64,000 nt of DNA from a bacterium. Its GTDB lineage: Bacteria; Sysuimicrobiota; Sysuimicrobiia; Sysuimicrobiales; Kaftiobacteriaceae. Every line of letters begins with the position of its first letter. Within the stretch, counting starts at the first letter, position 1. The stretch covers positions 1 to 64,000 of the forward strand of contig JBIOWP010000107.1 of the NCBI GenBank assembly GCA_044868695.1, in the 5' to 3' direction. The position numbers and the translations under genes are program-made. Of this stretch, positions 29,221 to 38,992 are shown piece by piece. The notes below the pieces were generated by a model. It was not told the DNA's origin and searched no databases. It saw nothing but the letters and a program-made list of their open reading frames with translations.

Positions 29221-30732
29221 ATGGTAGGCGTGCCGTTGCTCACGATCCTGATATTTCTACCGCTGGCGGTGGCCGGCATCGTGGCATTGCTGGATCGGCG
29301 GCACACTCACGCGCTGTACGGCGTGGGCATGGCCGGCATGGCCGGCGCGTTCGCGGTTTCGGCCGTCCTGTTCGCGCGCTTTGATCCCGCGTCCGCGGCG
29401 CTGCAGTTTGTGGAGCGCTCCGCGTGGATTCCCTCCGCGGGGATCAGCTATCAGGTCGGCATCGACGGCATCTCGCTGCCGCTGGTGATGCTCACGACCG
29501 TCATCCTGCCGCTCGCGCTGCTGTCGGCGTGGGGATCGATCACCGACCGGGTCAAGGAGTTCGTCGTGAGCATGCTGGTGCTGGAGACGGCGCTGCTGGG
29601 GACCTTTCTCGCCGCGGACCTGGTGCTGTTCTACGTCTTCTGGGAGGCCGTCCTCATCCCGATGTACTTCATCATCGGGGTGTGGGGCGGCCCGCGGCGC
29701 TCCTACGCCGCGATCAAGTTCATTCTCTATACCATGGCCGGCAGCGCGCTCATGCTGGTGGCGATCCTGGTCCTCTACCTGCACAGCGGGCCGGCCGGGG
29801 AGCGGACATTTGACCTGGCCGTCCTGCGCGCGGTCCGGGTCGCGATGCCCCTGCAGGCGTGGTTGTTCGGCGCGTTCGCGCTGGCGTTCGCGATCAAGGT
29901 GCCGGTCTGGCCGCTGCACACCTGGCTCCCCGACGCGCACGTGGAGGCGCCCACCGCCGGCAGTGTGGTGCTCGCGGCGGTGCTGCTGAAGATGGGGACG
30001 TACGGATTCCTGCGCTTCCTCCTGCCGCTGTTCCCGCAGGCCTCTCATCAGTTTGCGCCGCTGCTCTCGACCCTGGCGATCATCGGCATCGTGTACGGCG
30101 GGATCGTCTCGTGGGCGCAGCGCGACGTGAAGCGGTTGGTTGCGATGAGCAGCGTGAGCCACCTCGGGCTGGTGACGCTGGGCGTGTTTGCGTTCACCGT
30201 CGAGGCCGTGCAGGGCAGCCTGCTGCAGATGGTCAATCACGGGCTCAGCACCGGCGGATTATTCTTGATCGTCGGCGTGCTGTACGATCGCACGCATTCT
30301 CGGCTCCTGGACGACTACGGCGGCGTAGCGGCGTTGATGCCGCGCTTCATGCCGCTGGCGCTGATCGTGACGCTGTCGTCGATGGCGCTGCCGGGGACCA
30401 ACGGGTTCGTCGGTGAGTTCCTCGTCCTGCTGGGAACGTTTACGGTGCGCCCCGCCTATGCCGCTGCGGCGGTGACCGGCGTGATCCTGTCGGCGATCTA
30501 CCTGCTGTGGATGTACCAGCGCGTGATGCAGGGCCCGGTCGCGGTCCGGGACCCCGCGCGCATGGTGGACGTCTCCCGGCGCGAGCAGTGGCTGTTCATC
30601 CCGCTCGTCGCCCTGATCTTCTGGATCGGTCTGCACCCGGCCCCGCTGCTGTCGCGCAGCGAAGCGACGGTGAGAGCGTTGGTTGAAGACCTGCGGGAAC
30701 GCGAGAGCGCGGGCGCGGTCACGGTACGATGA
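29221..30732 (+). CDS. nuoM: NADH-quinone oxidoreductase subunit M
   Basis: GIDGIS, FYVFWE, IKVPVWPLHTWLPDAHVEAPT, LLKMGTYG. Confidence 0.95.
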   Translation: MVGVPLLTILIFLPLAVAGIVALLDRRHTHALYGVGMAGMAGAFAVSAVLFARFDPASAALQFVERSAWIPSAGISYQVGIDGISLPLVMLTTVILPLALLSAWGSITDRVKEFVVSMLVLETALLGTFLAADLVLFYVFWEAVLIPMYFIIGVWGGPRRSYAAIKFILYTMAGSALMLVAILVLYLHSGPAGERTFDLAVLRAVRVAMPLQAWLFGAFALAFAIKVPVWPLHTWLPDAHVEAPTAGSVVLAAVLLKMGTYGFLRFLLPLFPQASHQFAPLLSTLAIIGIVYGGIVSWAQRDVKRLVAMSSVSHLGLVTLGVFAFTVEAVQGSLLQMVNHGLSTGGLFLIVGVLYDRTHSRLLDDYGGVAALMPRFMPLALIVTLSSMALPGTNGFVGEFLVLLGTFTVRPAYAAAAVTGVILSAIYLLWMYQRVMQGPVAVRDPARMVDVSRREQWLFIPLVALIFWIGLHPAPLLSRSEATVRALVEDLRERESAGAVTVR

Positions 30733-32159
30733 CCCTCCCCACCGTCGATCTTGCCCTGATCGCCCCCGAGCTGATCGTGACGGCCACGGCGCTGATGCTG
30801 ATGGCGCTGGCGGCGGTCCTGCCCGCCGGTCACCGGAACGCGCTGCGCTGGCTGGCCGTCGCCGGGACCGGGGCGGCACTGGGAGCGGTGCTCGCGCTCG
30901 GTCCCGCGCGCGCGGACGCATTCGCCGGGATGTACACGCGCGATGCGCTGACCGAGGTGCTCCAGGTCACGGCACTGGTGACGGTGCTGCTCGCCGTGTG
31001 CCTGTCGGGGGAGTACGTCGAGCGCACGCAGTTCGCCGGCGAGTACTACGCGCTCGTCCTGGCAGCCGCGCTCGGCGCGATGCTGATGGCCGCCAGTGCG
31101 GACCTCCTCATGCTGTTCCTGGGGCTGGAGACGTTATCGATTCCCCTGTACGTGCTGGCGGCGTTCGCCCGCACGGATCGCCGCTCGCAGGAGGCCGGTC
31201 TCAAGTACTTCCTCCTGGGCGCGTTCAGCACGTCGTTCTTCCTGTACGGTATCGCGCTGCTCTTCGGCGCCTCCGGGTCGACCCAGCTGAGCACGCTGGC
31301 GGAGCACGCGCGGGCGCCCAAGATGATCTTTCAGGCCGGCGTGGCGCTGCTGACGATCGGCCTGGCGTTCAAAGCCGCGGTGGTCCCGTTTCACTCCTGG
31401 GCTCCGGATGTCTACGAAGGGGCGCCGCTGCCGGTGACGGCGTACATGGCCGTCATCGCCAAGGTCGGAGCGTTTGCCGCGCTGCTGCGCGTGTTCGTGG
31501 CCGCGCTAGCCCCCCAGGCGGCGCAGTGGACTCCGGTGCTGGCCGCCGTGAGCGTGCTGACGATGATCGTGGGCAACGTGGCCGCCCTGCGACAGACCAG
31601 CATCAAGCGGATGCTCGCCTACTCGAGCATCGCACACGCCGGCTTCATCCTGACCGGCATCGTCGCCCGCACCGGAGCCGGCGCCGCCGCCGTGGCGTTC
31701 TATCTGCTGGCCTACGCGTTCATGACGCTCGGGGCGTTCGGGGTCGTGCTGATGCTGCAGCGGCGGGGGGAAGAGGCGGACCAGATTGCGCACCTGTCCG
31801 GAGTCGCGCAGCGCTCGCCGGCGCTGGGCGCGGCAATGGCGTTGTTCATGACGTCCCTGGCCGGACTGCCTCCGACCGCCGGATTTCTGGCGAAATTCTA
31901 CGTGTTCACGGCCGTGCTGGACGCCGGGCAGGTCGGCGTGGCGATCGCCGGCGTGCTGGCCAGTGTCGTGTCCGCGTATTACTACTTCCGGGTGGTGTAC
32001 ACGATGTTTACCGGGGAGCCCGACGCCGAGGTCGGGGCCGCGGGCGGGCGGTGGGTGGCGGCGGCTGTGGCCGTCACGGCGGCCGGCGTGGTCGCGCTGG
32101 GTATCGTGCCCGCGCGGGTCACCGCGTTCGTTCAACAGGTAGCGCAGGCCCTTAAGTGA
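30729..32159 (+). CDS. nuoN: NADH-quinone oxidoreductase subunit N
   Basis: EAGLKYFLLG, FKAAVVPFHSWAPDVYEGAP, KRMLAYSSIAH, GLPPTAGFLAK. Confidence 0.95.
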   Translation: MTLPTVDLALIAPELIVTATALMLMALAAVLPAGHRNALRWLAVAGTGAALGAVLALGPARADAFAGMYTRDALTEVLQVTALVTVLLAVCLSGEYVERTQFAGEYYALVLAAALGAMLMAASADLLMLFLGLETLSIPLYVLAAFARTDRRSQEAGLKYFLLGAFSTSFFLYGIALLFGASGSTQLSTLAEHARAPKMIFQAGVALLTIGLAFKAAVVPFHSWAPDVYEGAPLPVTAYMAVIAKVGAFAALLRVFVAALAPQAAQWTPVLAAVSVLTMIVGNVAALRQTSIKRMLAYSSIAHAGFILTGIVARTGAGAAAVAFYLLAYAFMTLGAFGVVLMLQRRGEEADQIAHLSGVAQRSPALGAAMALFMTSLAGLPPTAGFLAKFYVFTAVLDAGQVGVAIAGVLASVVSAYYYFRVVYTMFTGEPDAEVGAAGGRWVAAAVAVTAAGVVALGIVPARVTAFVQQVAQALK

Positions 32160-32160
32160 C

Positions 32161-32283
32161 GGGACCAGGGACCTGGGACCGGGGACCGGAATCAAAGATC
32201 AATATGACTCCGCGGTTCAGTTTCTGTCGGTAGGTTCGACGTGAGCATCCACATCTGGTCCCTGGTCCCCGGTCCCCGGTCCC
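32161..32283. repeat. inverted heptamer cassette (GGGACCN)x4 - 67 bp core - (NGGTCCC)x4
   Basis: read directly; between nuoN and fixC. Confidence 0.85.
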
Positions 32284-32314
32284 GAAGTGTCGAAGCGCGG
32301 GGTACTCTCTCTCG

Positions 32315-33613
32315 ATGAGCACGGAGAGGTTCGACGCGATCGTCGTCGGGGCAGGGCCGGCCGGCAGCGCCGCGGCGTACACGATGGCCAAGGCTGGGCT
32401 CAGCGTGGTGCTGATCGAGCGCGGCGAATATCCCGGCGCGAAAAACGTGATGGGCGGCGTGATGTACGGCCGCATGCTCGCCGACCTGATCCCCACCTTT
32501 GCGTCTGAAGCTCCGGTCGAACGGGTCGTAGTCGAAGAGCGGCTCTGGATCACCACCGATACCTCCGCGGTTTCCATCGGGCACAAGACTGCCTCCACCG
32601 GCGGTCTCCCGAACGCGTTCACCGTCCTCCGCGCGAAGTTCGATCGATGGTTTGCGTCCAAGGCCGAGGAAGCCGGCGCGTTCCTGGTGCCCGCCACCGT
32701 TGTCGACGACGTCCTTGTGGAGGACGGCAAGATCACAGGGGTGCGCACCGGCCGGGAAGACGGCGACCTGCACGCCGACGTCGTGGTGCTGTGCGACGGG
32801 GTGCACTCCTTCCTGGCAAAGAAGGCCGGCCTACTGACCCGCGAGATCGCACCGCACGAGGTGGCGCTGGCGGTGAAGGAAATCATCGCCCTCCCTCCCG
32901 AGGTCATCCAGGAGCGGTTCAACGTAGGCGAAGGGGAGGGCGTCACCATCGAGCTGTACGGGGCCGTGACGCGGGGGATGGGCGGCTATGGGTTCATCTA
33001 CACCAACCGGGATAGCCTCTCGGTCGGCATCGGGGCGCTGATGGCCCACTTCATGCGCACGAAGATCACGCCCCATGCACTGCTGGAGGGCCTCAAGCAG
33101 CATCCGCTCGTGCGCCCGCTGCTGGCGGGCGGGCAGGTCGTTGAGTACCTGGCCCACGCCATCCCCGAAGGCGGCTACAAGGCGATGCCGAGGCTGTACG
33201 GCGACGGCGTGCTGATCGCCGGCGACGCGGCGATGATGGTCAACGGGCTGCACCGGGAGGGCAGCAACCTGGCCATGACCGCCGGCCGCCTGGCGGCAGA
33301 AACGGTCATCGACGCGAGGGCGCGCGGCGATTTCTCCGCCGCCTCGCTGGCATCCTACCGCCGCCGCCTGGAAGAGAGTTTCGTCCTCAAAGACCTCAGG
33401 AAGTACCAGCACCTGCCCGAGTTTGTGGACGCGCATCCCGAGCTCTTGCAGATCTACCCGGACCTCGTCACCCACGCGGTCCACGAGATGCTGACGGTGG
33501 ACGGGACGCCGAAGCGGGACAAGCAGCGTAAGATCTGGAAGGATATCAGAGCGCGGCGCTCGGTGTGGCGGCTCGTGCGGGACGCGTATCAGGCGTGGAA
33601 AGCGATCAGGTGA
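32315..33613 (+). CDS. fixC: FixC-type FAD-dependent ETF:quinone oxidoreductase
   Basis: VGAGPAG, ERGEYPGAKNVMGG, GFIYTNRDSLSVG, IPEGG, GDAA. Confidence 0.88.
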   Translation: MSTERFDAIVVGAGPAGSAAAYTMAKAGLSVVLIERGEYPGAKNVMGGVMYGRMLADLIPTFASEAPVERVVVEERLWITTDTSAVSIGHKTASTGGLPNAFTVLRAKFDRWFASKAEEAGAFLVPATVVDDVLVEDGKITGVRTGREDGDLHADVVVLCDGVHSFLAKKAGLLTREIAPHEVALAVKEIIALPPEVIQERFNVGEGEGVTIELYGAVTRGMGGYGFIYTNRDSLSVGIGALMAHFMRTKITPHALLEGLKQHPLVRPLLAGGQVVEYLAHAIPEGGYKAMPRLYGDGVLIAGDAAMMVNGLHREGSNLAMTAGRLAAETVIDARARGDFSAASLASYRRRLEESFVLKDLRKYQHLPEFVDAHPELLQIYPDLVTHAVHEMLTVDGTPKRDKQRKIWKDIRARRSVWRLVRDAYQAWKAIR

Positions 33614-33617
33614 GCCG

Positions 33618-33926
33618 ATGCCCTCTGGACCGGTCCCCGCTTTGAAGCTCGAGGAGAAGCTCTTTCTCCTCACCTACAAGCACGACAAGCAGAGCCACAT
33701 TACCATCCGCGACAACACCGTGTGCGCCGCGACCTGCGGCCCGCAGTGGAACCGGCCGTGCACGACGTTCTGTCCCGCGAGCGTGTACAACTGGGATGGA
33801 GAGAAGATCACGGCCTCCTACGAGAACTGCGTTGAGTGCACATCCTGCCTCACCGGCTGCCCGTACCGCAACATCGATTGGCGCCTCCCCCGCGGCGGCT
33901 ACGGGGTCCAGTATCGAAACGGGTAG
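33618..33926 (+). CDS. fixX: FixX-type ferredoxin-like protein
   Basis: PCTTFCPASVY, ENCVECTSC...CP, W.LPRGGYGVQYRNG. Confidence 0.88.
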   Translation: MPSGPVPALKLEEKLFLLTYKHDKQSHITIRDNTVCAATCGPQWNRPCTTFCPASVYNWDGEKITASYENCVECTSCLTGCPYRNIDWRLPRGGYGVQYRNG

Positions 33927-33943
33927 CCGGTAACGGGAAACCG

Positions 33944-34672
33944 TCACACGTTGTCATTGCGGCGGAGAAGAAACCATGCCCCGAGGAAGAGGAGGAGCGT
34001 CGCGGGAATCTGCCCCATGGTGACCACCCAGAAGATGCGGTCCTCGCTGCGGAGCAGATCGAGGGCGATCCGGCCAGCGGACGTCAGCACGACCACCGTC
34101 CAGAACAGCTCTCCGGGGAACCGCCGCCGGCGCACGAGCGGGACGGTGACGGCGAGGATGCAGGCGGCGAAGATCATCTCGTAGATCTGGAGCGGGTGCC
34201 GCGGGCCGGGCACGCCGGGAAACGTGACCGCCCACGGCAGCGACGTCACGTCGCCATACAGTTCCCCGTTCATGAAGTTGCCAAAACGCACGAGGATGTT
34301 GCCCAGCGGCACGCTCCACACTGTCGCATCGGCCAGGCTCCACAGCGGCAACCCGCGGCGCTGCGACGCCCACCACATCGCCGCGAATCCCCCGAGAATC
34401 GCTCCGTGCGAGGTCAGCCCGCCGTGGTCGATGCGCAGCGCCTCGACCAGTGAGCTGAACTGCGCGGGATGGGACAGGACGTAGCCGAGTCGCGCCCCGA
34501 CGAACGCCATGATCACAAACGGGAGCGCCAGCCGGTCGATCTCCTCTGGCGGCACACCCACCTTTGGGGCGACCCGCATCGCGGCGACCGCCCCGCTGAT
34601 GATCGTGGCGGCCATCATCACCCCGTACCACCGGATGGTCAGCGGGCCCAGTTCAAACAAGACGGGATCCAT
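33944..34672 (-). CDS. lgt: prolipoprotein diacylglyceryl transferase
   Basis: GPLTIRWYG, GARLGYV, GGLTSHG, RFGNFMNGELYG, HPLQIYE. Confidence 0.93.
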   Translation of the reverse strand: MDPVLFELGPLTIRWYGVMMAATIISGAVAAMRVAPKVGVPPEEIDRLALPFVIMAFVGARLGYVLSHPAQFSSLVEALRIDHGGLTSHGAILGGFAAMWWASQRRGLPLWSLADATVWSVPLGNILVRFGNFMNGELYGDVTSLPWAVTFPGVPGPRHPLQIYEMIFAACILAVTVPLVRRRRFPGELFWTVVVLTSAGRIALDLLRSEDRIFWVVTMGQIPATLLLFLGAWFLLRRNDNV

Positions 34673-34698
34673 GGCGGCCCGTAGTATACCATCTTCGA

Positions 34699-34755
34699 AA
34701 AGAAGGAGGGGACTGTCCCCTCCTGTCAATAGCTCACATGGGTCATCTTCGGGTG
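34699..34755. repeat. 57-bp dispersed repeat, copy 1 (AGGAGGGGAC-T-GTCCCCTCCT palindrome)
   Basis: 48/57 identical to 48351-48407 by manual alignment. Confidence 0.8.
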
Positions 34756-34802
34756 GCTCAAGCGAGTCGAACGGGCTGTGGGGCACGCGTTCTGTTGCGC
34801 AC

Positions 34803-35321
34803 ATGAAAATTGCTATTGGGTCCACCACCAGTGGGTCAAAGATCCGCGCCACCGAAACGGTGTGCGCGCGGGCGTACCCTGACGCCGTCGTCGTCGCGGT
34901 GCCGGTGACCTCGACCGTGCCCGCTCAGCCCACAAGCGACGAAGAAACCATCCGCGGTGCTCTCCACCGGGCGCAGGAGGCGCGACGACTGGCCGATGCC
35001 GACCTCGGGATTGGTATCGAGGGCGGCGTGCATCGCGATCAGTGGGGGGTCTGGATGTGCGCCTGGGTGGCCGCAGTGGATCGGAACGGGCGCGAGGGCC
35101 TCAGCTGCGGCGTGCGCTTCCGGCTGCCGGACTGGATGGCGTCCCGGGCCCTGGCCGGAGAAGAGTTGGGCGCCATGGTCGACACGATGCTTGGGCACGG
35201 GGGCGCGCACGAGGAGCTGGGTGCGATCGGCCTGCTGACCCGGGGCCTCGTGGACCGGCAGGCGGCTCTCGAGCAGGCCGTCGCGGCGGCTTTGATCCCC
35301 TTTCTCCCGGGCGAGACGTGA
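34803..35321 (+). CDS. yjjX: inosine/xanthosine triphosphatase (YjjX/DUF84)
   Basis: IAIGST..K, VPAQP..EETIRGA, GIEGG, GEELG, GAIGLLT. Confidence 0.85.
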   Translation: MKIAIGSTTSGSKIRATETVCARAYPDAVVVAVPVTSTVPAQPTSDEETIRGALHRAQEARRLADADLGIGIEGGVHRDQWGVWMCAWVAAVDRNGREGLSCGVRFRLPDWMASRALAGEELGAMVDTMLGHGGAHEELGAIGLLTRGLVDRQAALEQAVAAALIPFLPGET

Positions 35322-36496
35322 CCGAGCGCCTCTATCGCGACGATAGCTACCGCACGGAGTTCGAGGCCGGGACCGTAGAAGTGCGCCCCCGCGGTGACTC
35401 GTTCGGCATCATCTTGGACCGCACGGCCTTCTATCCCACCTCCGGCGGGCAGCCGCACGACACAGGAACCCTCAACGGCGTCCGGGTGGTCGACGTGATT
35501 GAAGACGACGAGGATCAAATCCTCCACATCGTCGATCAGCGAGTCGAGGGCAAGGTGACCGGGACCATCGATTGGCCCAGGCGGTTTGATCACATGCAGC
35601 AGCACACCGGCCAGCACATCCTCTCCCAGGCGTTCCTTGCGGATCACGCGGGGCAAACGCGCGCCGTGCACCTCGGCGCCGATGTCTCGACCCTCGATCT
35701 GGACCTCATCGAGCTGAGCGCGGACGCTGCGGGACGCGCGGAGGATCTGGCCAACCGCGTGGTCCTCGAAGACCGGCCGGTGATCATCCGGGAGGTGGAT
35801 GAGTCCGACCTCACCGGGCTGGGCCTGCGCCGTCCCGCCAAGAAGCGCGGCCGCATCCGCGTCGTCGAGGTGGAGGGATTCGACCGTTCGGCCTGCGGAG
35901 GGACGCACGTGCGGCGCACAGGGGAGATCGGCCTGATTACGATCCGCCGCTGGGAGCGGTTCAAAGGCGGGGTGCGCGTCGAGTTCCTCTGCGGCTGGCG
36001 CGCCCTGCGGGACTACCGTTGGAAGAACGCCCTCGTGCGCGATCTGGCGGGCTGGTTCTCGGTGAAAGACCAGGAGGTTCTCGAGGCGGTCGAGCGGCAG
36101 GGGGCGCAGCTGCGCGATCGGGACCGGCAGATCACGGAGCTGCGCGACCGCGTGATCGAGTTCGAGGCGCACCGGAGGCTGACGGAGGCGCGGGGCGGCA
36201 CGCCGCATGTTGTGGCGGAAGTGGTCGCAGGGTGGACGTCCGAGATGGTCTCGGCGCTCGCCGGCCGGCTCGTTGCCACCTCATCCACCGTGGCCGTGCT
36301 GGGGACTGATGACGGCCGGCTGGTCATCGCCCGGTCGGCCGATCTCGATCTCGACGCCGCGAAGGTGCTTCGCCGCGTCGTCGAACGGCTGGGCGGCCGC
36401 GGCGGAGGGCGCCCGGCCTACGCGCAGGGCGCGGTGCCCCCCGGACAGGTCGCCGCCGCCGTCGACGCGGCGCGTGCCGAGGTCGGGGATGCCTGA
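35318..36496 (+). CDS. alanyl-tRNA editing protein (AlaX type) with DHHA1 tail
   Basis: TAFYPTSGGQPHDTG, HMQQHTGQH, ACGGTHV, GGRGGG. Confidence 0.88.
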   Translation: MTERLYRDDSYRTEFEAGTVEVRPRGDSFGIILDRTAFYPTSGGQPHDTGTLNGVRVVDVIEDDEDQILHIVDQRVEGKVTGTIDWPRRFDHMQQHTGQHILSQAFLADHAGQTRAVHLGADVSTLDLDLIELSADAAGRAEDLANRVVLEDRPVIIREVDESDLTGLGLRRPAKKRGRIRVVEVEGFDRSACGGTHVRRTGEIGLITIRRWERFKGGVRVEFLCGWRALRDYRWKNALVRDLAGWFSVKDQEVLEAVERQGAQLRDRDRQITELRDRVIEFEAHRRLTEARGGTPHVVAEVVAGWTSEMVSALAGRLVATSSTVAVLGTDDGRLVIARSADLDLDAAKVLRRVVERLGGRGGGRPAYAQGAVPPGQVAAAVDAARAEVGDA

Positions 36497-37370
36497 ATTG
36501 CCGTTCATTCAAGTGCTGGTCGAAAACCTCGCCCGCGAGGTCGAAGGGCGCACGATCGTCTCGCTGCGCGTCAGCAGCCCCGCCATCGTCAAAACATTCG
36601 ATCCCCCACTCACCGCGGTCGCCGGCCGCCGCATCGAGCGGATCCGGCGGACGGGCAAATTGATCGTCTGTGACCTCTCAGGAGACCTGCTCTTGACCAT
36701 CCACCTGATGAGGGACGGCCGGCTGCAGCTGGGATCGCCGCGGCCCCGCGCTCCCGGCGGCCGCAGGGGGCCGGCGCCCAAGCCGATGGCACTCGGGCTG
36801 ACGCTGGACGACGGACGCGAACTGCGTCTCAATGAGGCCGGCCCGAAGAAGCGCGCAGGCGTCTACGTGCTGCGGGCCCAGCACGCGGCATCCGCCGAGC
36901 CGCTGGCCGGCCTCGGGCCTGATCCGCTTGGAGAGGAGTTCACCATCGAGGTTCTGGCGAAGGCCCTGGTGGGCCAGAGCCTCCAGGTGAAGCGCGCGAT
37001 CACCCAGCAGCGCATCGTGGCCGGCATCGGCAACGCGTTCGGAGACGAAATCCTCTGGGAGGCCAGGCTGTCTCCGTTTGCCGCGGCGGGACGCCTCTCG
37101 CGGGGCGAGGTCGAGCGGCTGCACGGCGCAATCCGCAGCGTCTTCGCCGGGGCGCTGGAGCAGCACCGGCGTCATTTCGGGACTGGCCTGCCCACGCGCG
37201 AACCGGTCGACCTGCTCCGGGTGCACCGGCACGGGGGCGAGCCGTGCCCCCGCTGCGGGACCCGGATCGAGACAGTCTACTATGCGGAAAAGGAAACCTA
37301 CTACTGCCCGGCCTGCCAGACTGGGGGAAAGGTCTATGCGGACCGCAGACTTTCCCGGCTGCTGAAGTGA
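36489..37370 (+). CDS. Fpg/Nei family DNA glycosylase
   Basis: MPELP, RTGK, IHLM, H2TH GIGNAFGDEILW, Zn finger CPRC..CPACQ. Confidence 0.9.
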   Translation: MPELPFIQVLVENLAREVEGRTIVSLRVSSPAIVKTFDPPLTAVAGRRIERIRRTGKLIVCDLSGDLLLTIHLMRDGRLQLGSPRPRAPGGRRGPAPKPMALGLTLDDGRELRLNEAGPKKRAGVYVLRAQHAASAEPLAGLGPDPLGEEFTIEVLAKALVGQSLQVKRAITQQRIVAGIGNAFGDEILWEARLSPFAAAGRLSRGEVERLHGAIRSVFAGALEQHRRHFGTGLPTREPVDLLRVHRHGGEPCPRCGTRIETVYYAEKETYYCPACQTGGKVYADRRLSRLLK

Positions 37371-37380
37371 GAACGTACGC

Positions 37381-38163
37381 ATGATCACGCTGCTCAGCGA
37401 TTTCGGAAGTGCGAGTCCATACCCCGCGCAGATGAAGGCGGTGCTGGCCTCCTCCTGCAACGCCGTCATCATTGACATCACGCATGACGTCCCGCGCCAC
37501 GACGTCCGCGCCGGTGCGTACCTGCTGTCTGCTGTCGTCCGCACGGCGCCGGCGGGAACGGTGCACCTCGCGGTCGTCGACCCCGGCGTGGGCACGGCGC
37601 GGAAGCCGCTCATCATTTCCTCAGGCGGCCAGTGGTTCGTGGGGCCGGACAACGGGCTCCTGTTACCGGCGGCAAAGCGCCTGGGCGCTCCACGGGTCTA
37701 CGAGATAACCGCGGATGCTCCGGATGCGGTGTCCCCCACATTTCACGGCCGCGATCTCTTCGCGCCGGCGGCGGCGGCTCTGGCGCGCGGGGCCCCCGCG
37801 GACGCGCTCGGCCGCCCGCTCGCGCAGTTCGTTCATCTGGATCTGGGGACCGGGCGCCGAGAGGGCGGTGCGCTGGTCGGCGAAGTGATTTATGTGGATG
37901 CGTTCGGCAACCTCATCACGAACATCCCGGCGGGGGCGCTGGATGCCGGCGGCGGGACGCTCACGCTGGTTGCGGGCCGCCGCCGTGTCAGAGCGGCCGT
38001 GGCCCGGACGTATGGCGATGTCGCTCCCGGCCGTTTCGCCGTCGTGGCGGGCAGCGACGGCCTGCTGGAGGTGGCGGTGCGGAACGGCAGCGCGGCGGAC
38101 CATCTTGCTGCCGGAAGCGGCGTGACGCTTCGAATTATCCCGAGCATTCCGCGCAGACGGTAG
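37381..38163 (+). CDS. SAM hydroxide adenosyltransferase (DUF62; chlorinase/fluorinase family)
   Basis: ITLLSDFG, DITH, VVDPGVGT, GPDNG, TFHGRD, YVDAFGN. Confidence 0.9.
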   Translation: MITLLSDFGSASPYPAQMKAVLASSCNAVIIDITHDVPRHDVRAGAYLLSAVVRTAPAGTVHLAVVDPGVGTARKPLIISSGGQWFVGPDNGLLLPAAKRLGAPRVYEITADAPDAVSPTFHGRDLFAPAAAALARGAPADALGRPLAQFVHLDLGTGRREGGALVGEVIYVDAFGNLITNIPAGALDAGGGTLTLVAGRRRVRAAVARTYGDVAPGRFAVVAGSDGLLEVAVRNGSAADHLAAGSGVTLRIIPSIPRRR

Positions 38164-38188
38164 GAACATCTCCGACCCCGAACACGTT
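38163..38188 (+). promoter_or_regulatory. SigH/SigR-type ECF promoter upstream of ccdA
   Basis: GGAAC-N18-GTT (cGTT). Confidence 0.55.
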
Positions 38189-38248
38189 ATCGCTAGTGTA
38201 AACTGTCTGACGGCGGGAATAGAGCAGGAGGAAGGACGAGGAGTCGCG

Positions 38249-38977
38249 ATGCCTGAGGTCAATGTCCCGCTCGCATTCGCCGCCGGTTTGTTGGGCTTTC
38301 TCTCTCCCTGCATCGTCCCGCTGATTCCCGGCTACCTCTCCTTCGTGTCCGGGGTGTCGCTGTCTGGGATGGCCGGCACCACGCGAGGCGAGCACCGCGC
38401 ACGGGTGCTGAGCTCGACGCTCAGCTTCGTGCTCGGATTCGCGGCGATTTTTGCGGCGCTGGGAGCGTCGGCGAGCTACCTAGGGAGTTTCATCCTTGTG
38501 AACCGGATCTGGCTGGGGCGGGCGGGCGGGATCATCGTCGTCCTGCTCGGGCTGTCTGTGCTGGGGATCCTCAAGATTCCCTGGCTCTCACGCGAACGGC
38601 GGCTGCACCTTCCCCAGGGACGCGGCGGCGTGCTGGGGGCGTTCCCGGTCGGGATGGCGTTCGCCTTCGCATGGACGCCCTGCATCGGCCCGGTGCTGGC
38701 GGCAATCCTGACGCTGGCGGCGACGACGCAGCGGACGCTGGACGGAGCCGTGCTGCTGCTCGCCTACGCGCTGGGTCTGGGAATCCCGTTTCTCATCACG
38801 GCAGTGCTGATGACCGGCGCCGTCGACGCCCTGGGCTGGGTCCGCGCACACGGCCGTGCGATCGAAGTCAGCAGCGGCGTGTTCCTGGTCGCCATGGGGG
38901 CCGCTTTGGCATTGGACTTGATCTTTCGTTTCAATACCTGGATCCTCCGGCTGTTTCCGTTCCGGCCGGTGATCTGA
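38249..38977 (+). CDS. ccdA: cytochrome c biogenesis / thiol-disulfide transporter CcdA
   Basis: AFAAGLLGFLSPCIVPLIPGY, AWTPCIGPVL, YALGLGIPF. Confidence 0.9.
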   Translation: MPEVNVPLAFAAGLLGFLSPCIVPLIPGYLSFVSGVSLSGMAGTTRGEHRARVLSSTLSFVLGFAAIFAALGASASYLGSFILVNRIWLGRAGGIIVVLLGLSVLGILKIPWLSRERRLHLPQGRGGVLGAFPVGMAFAFAWTPCIGPVLAAILTLAATTQRTLDGAVLLLAYALGLGIPFLITAVLMTGAVDALGWVRAHGRAIEVSSGVFLVAMGAALALDLIFRFNTWILRLFPFRPVI

Positions 38978-38992
38978 CCACTGGAGCGTGAC

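Noticed and set aside
37381..38163. Halogenase (fluorinase/chlorinase) biosynthetic gene
   Set aside because: The TFHGRD motif and housekeeping context fit the common SAM hydrolase subgroup.
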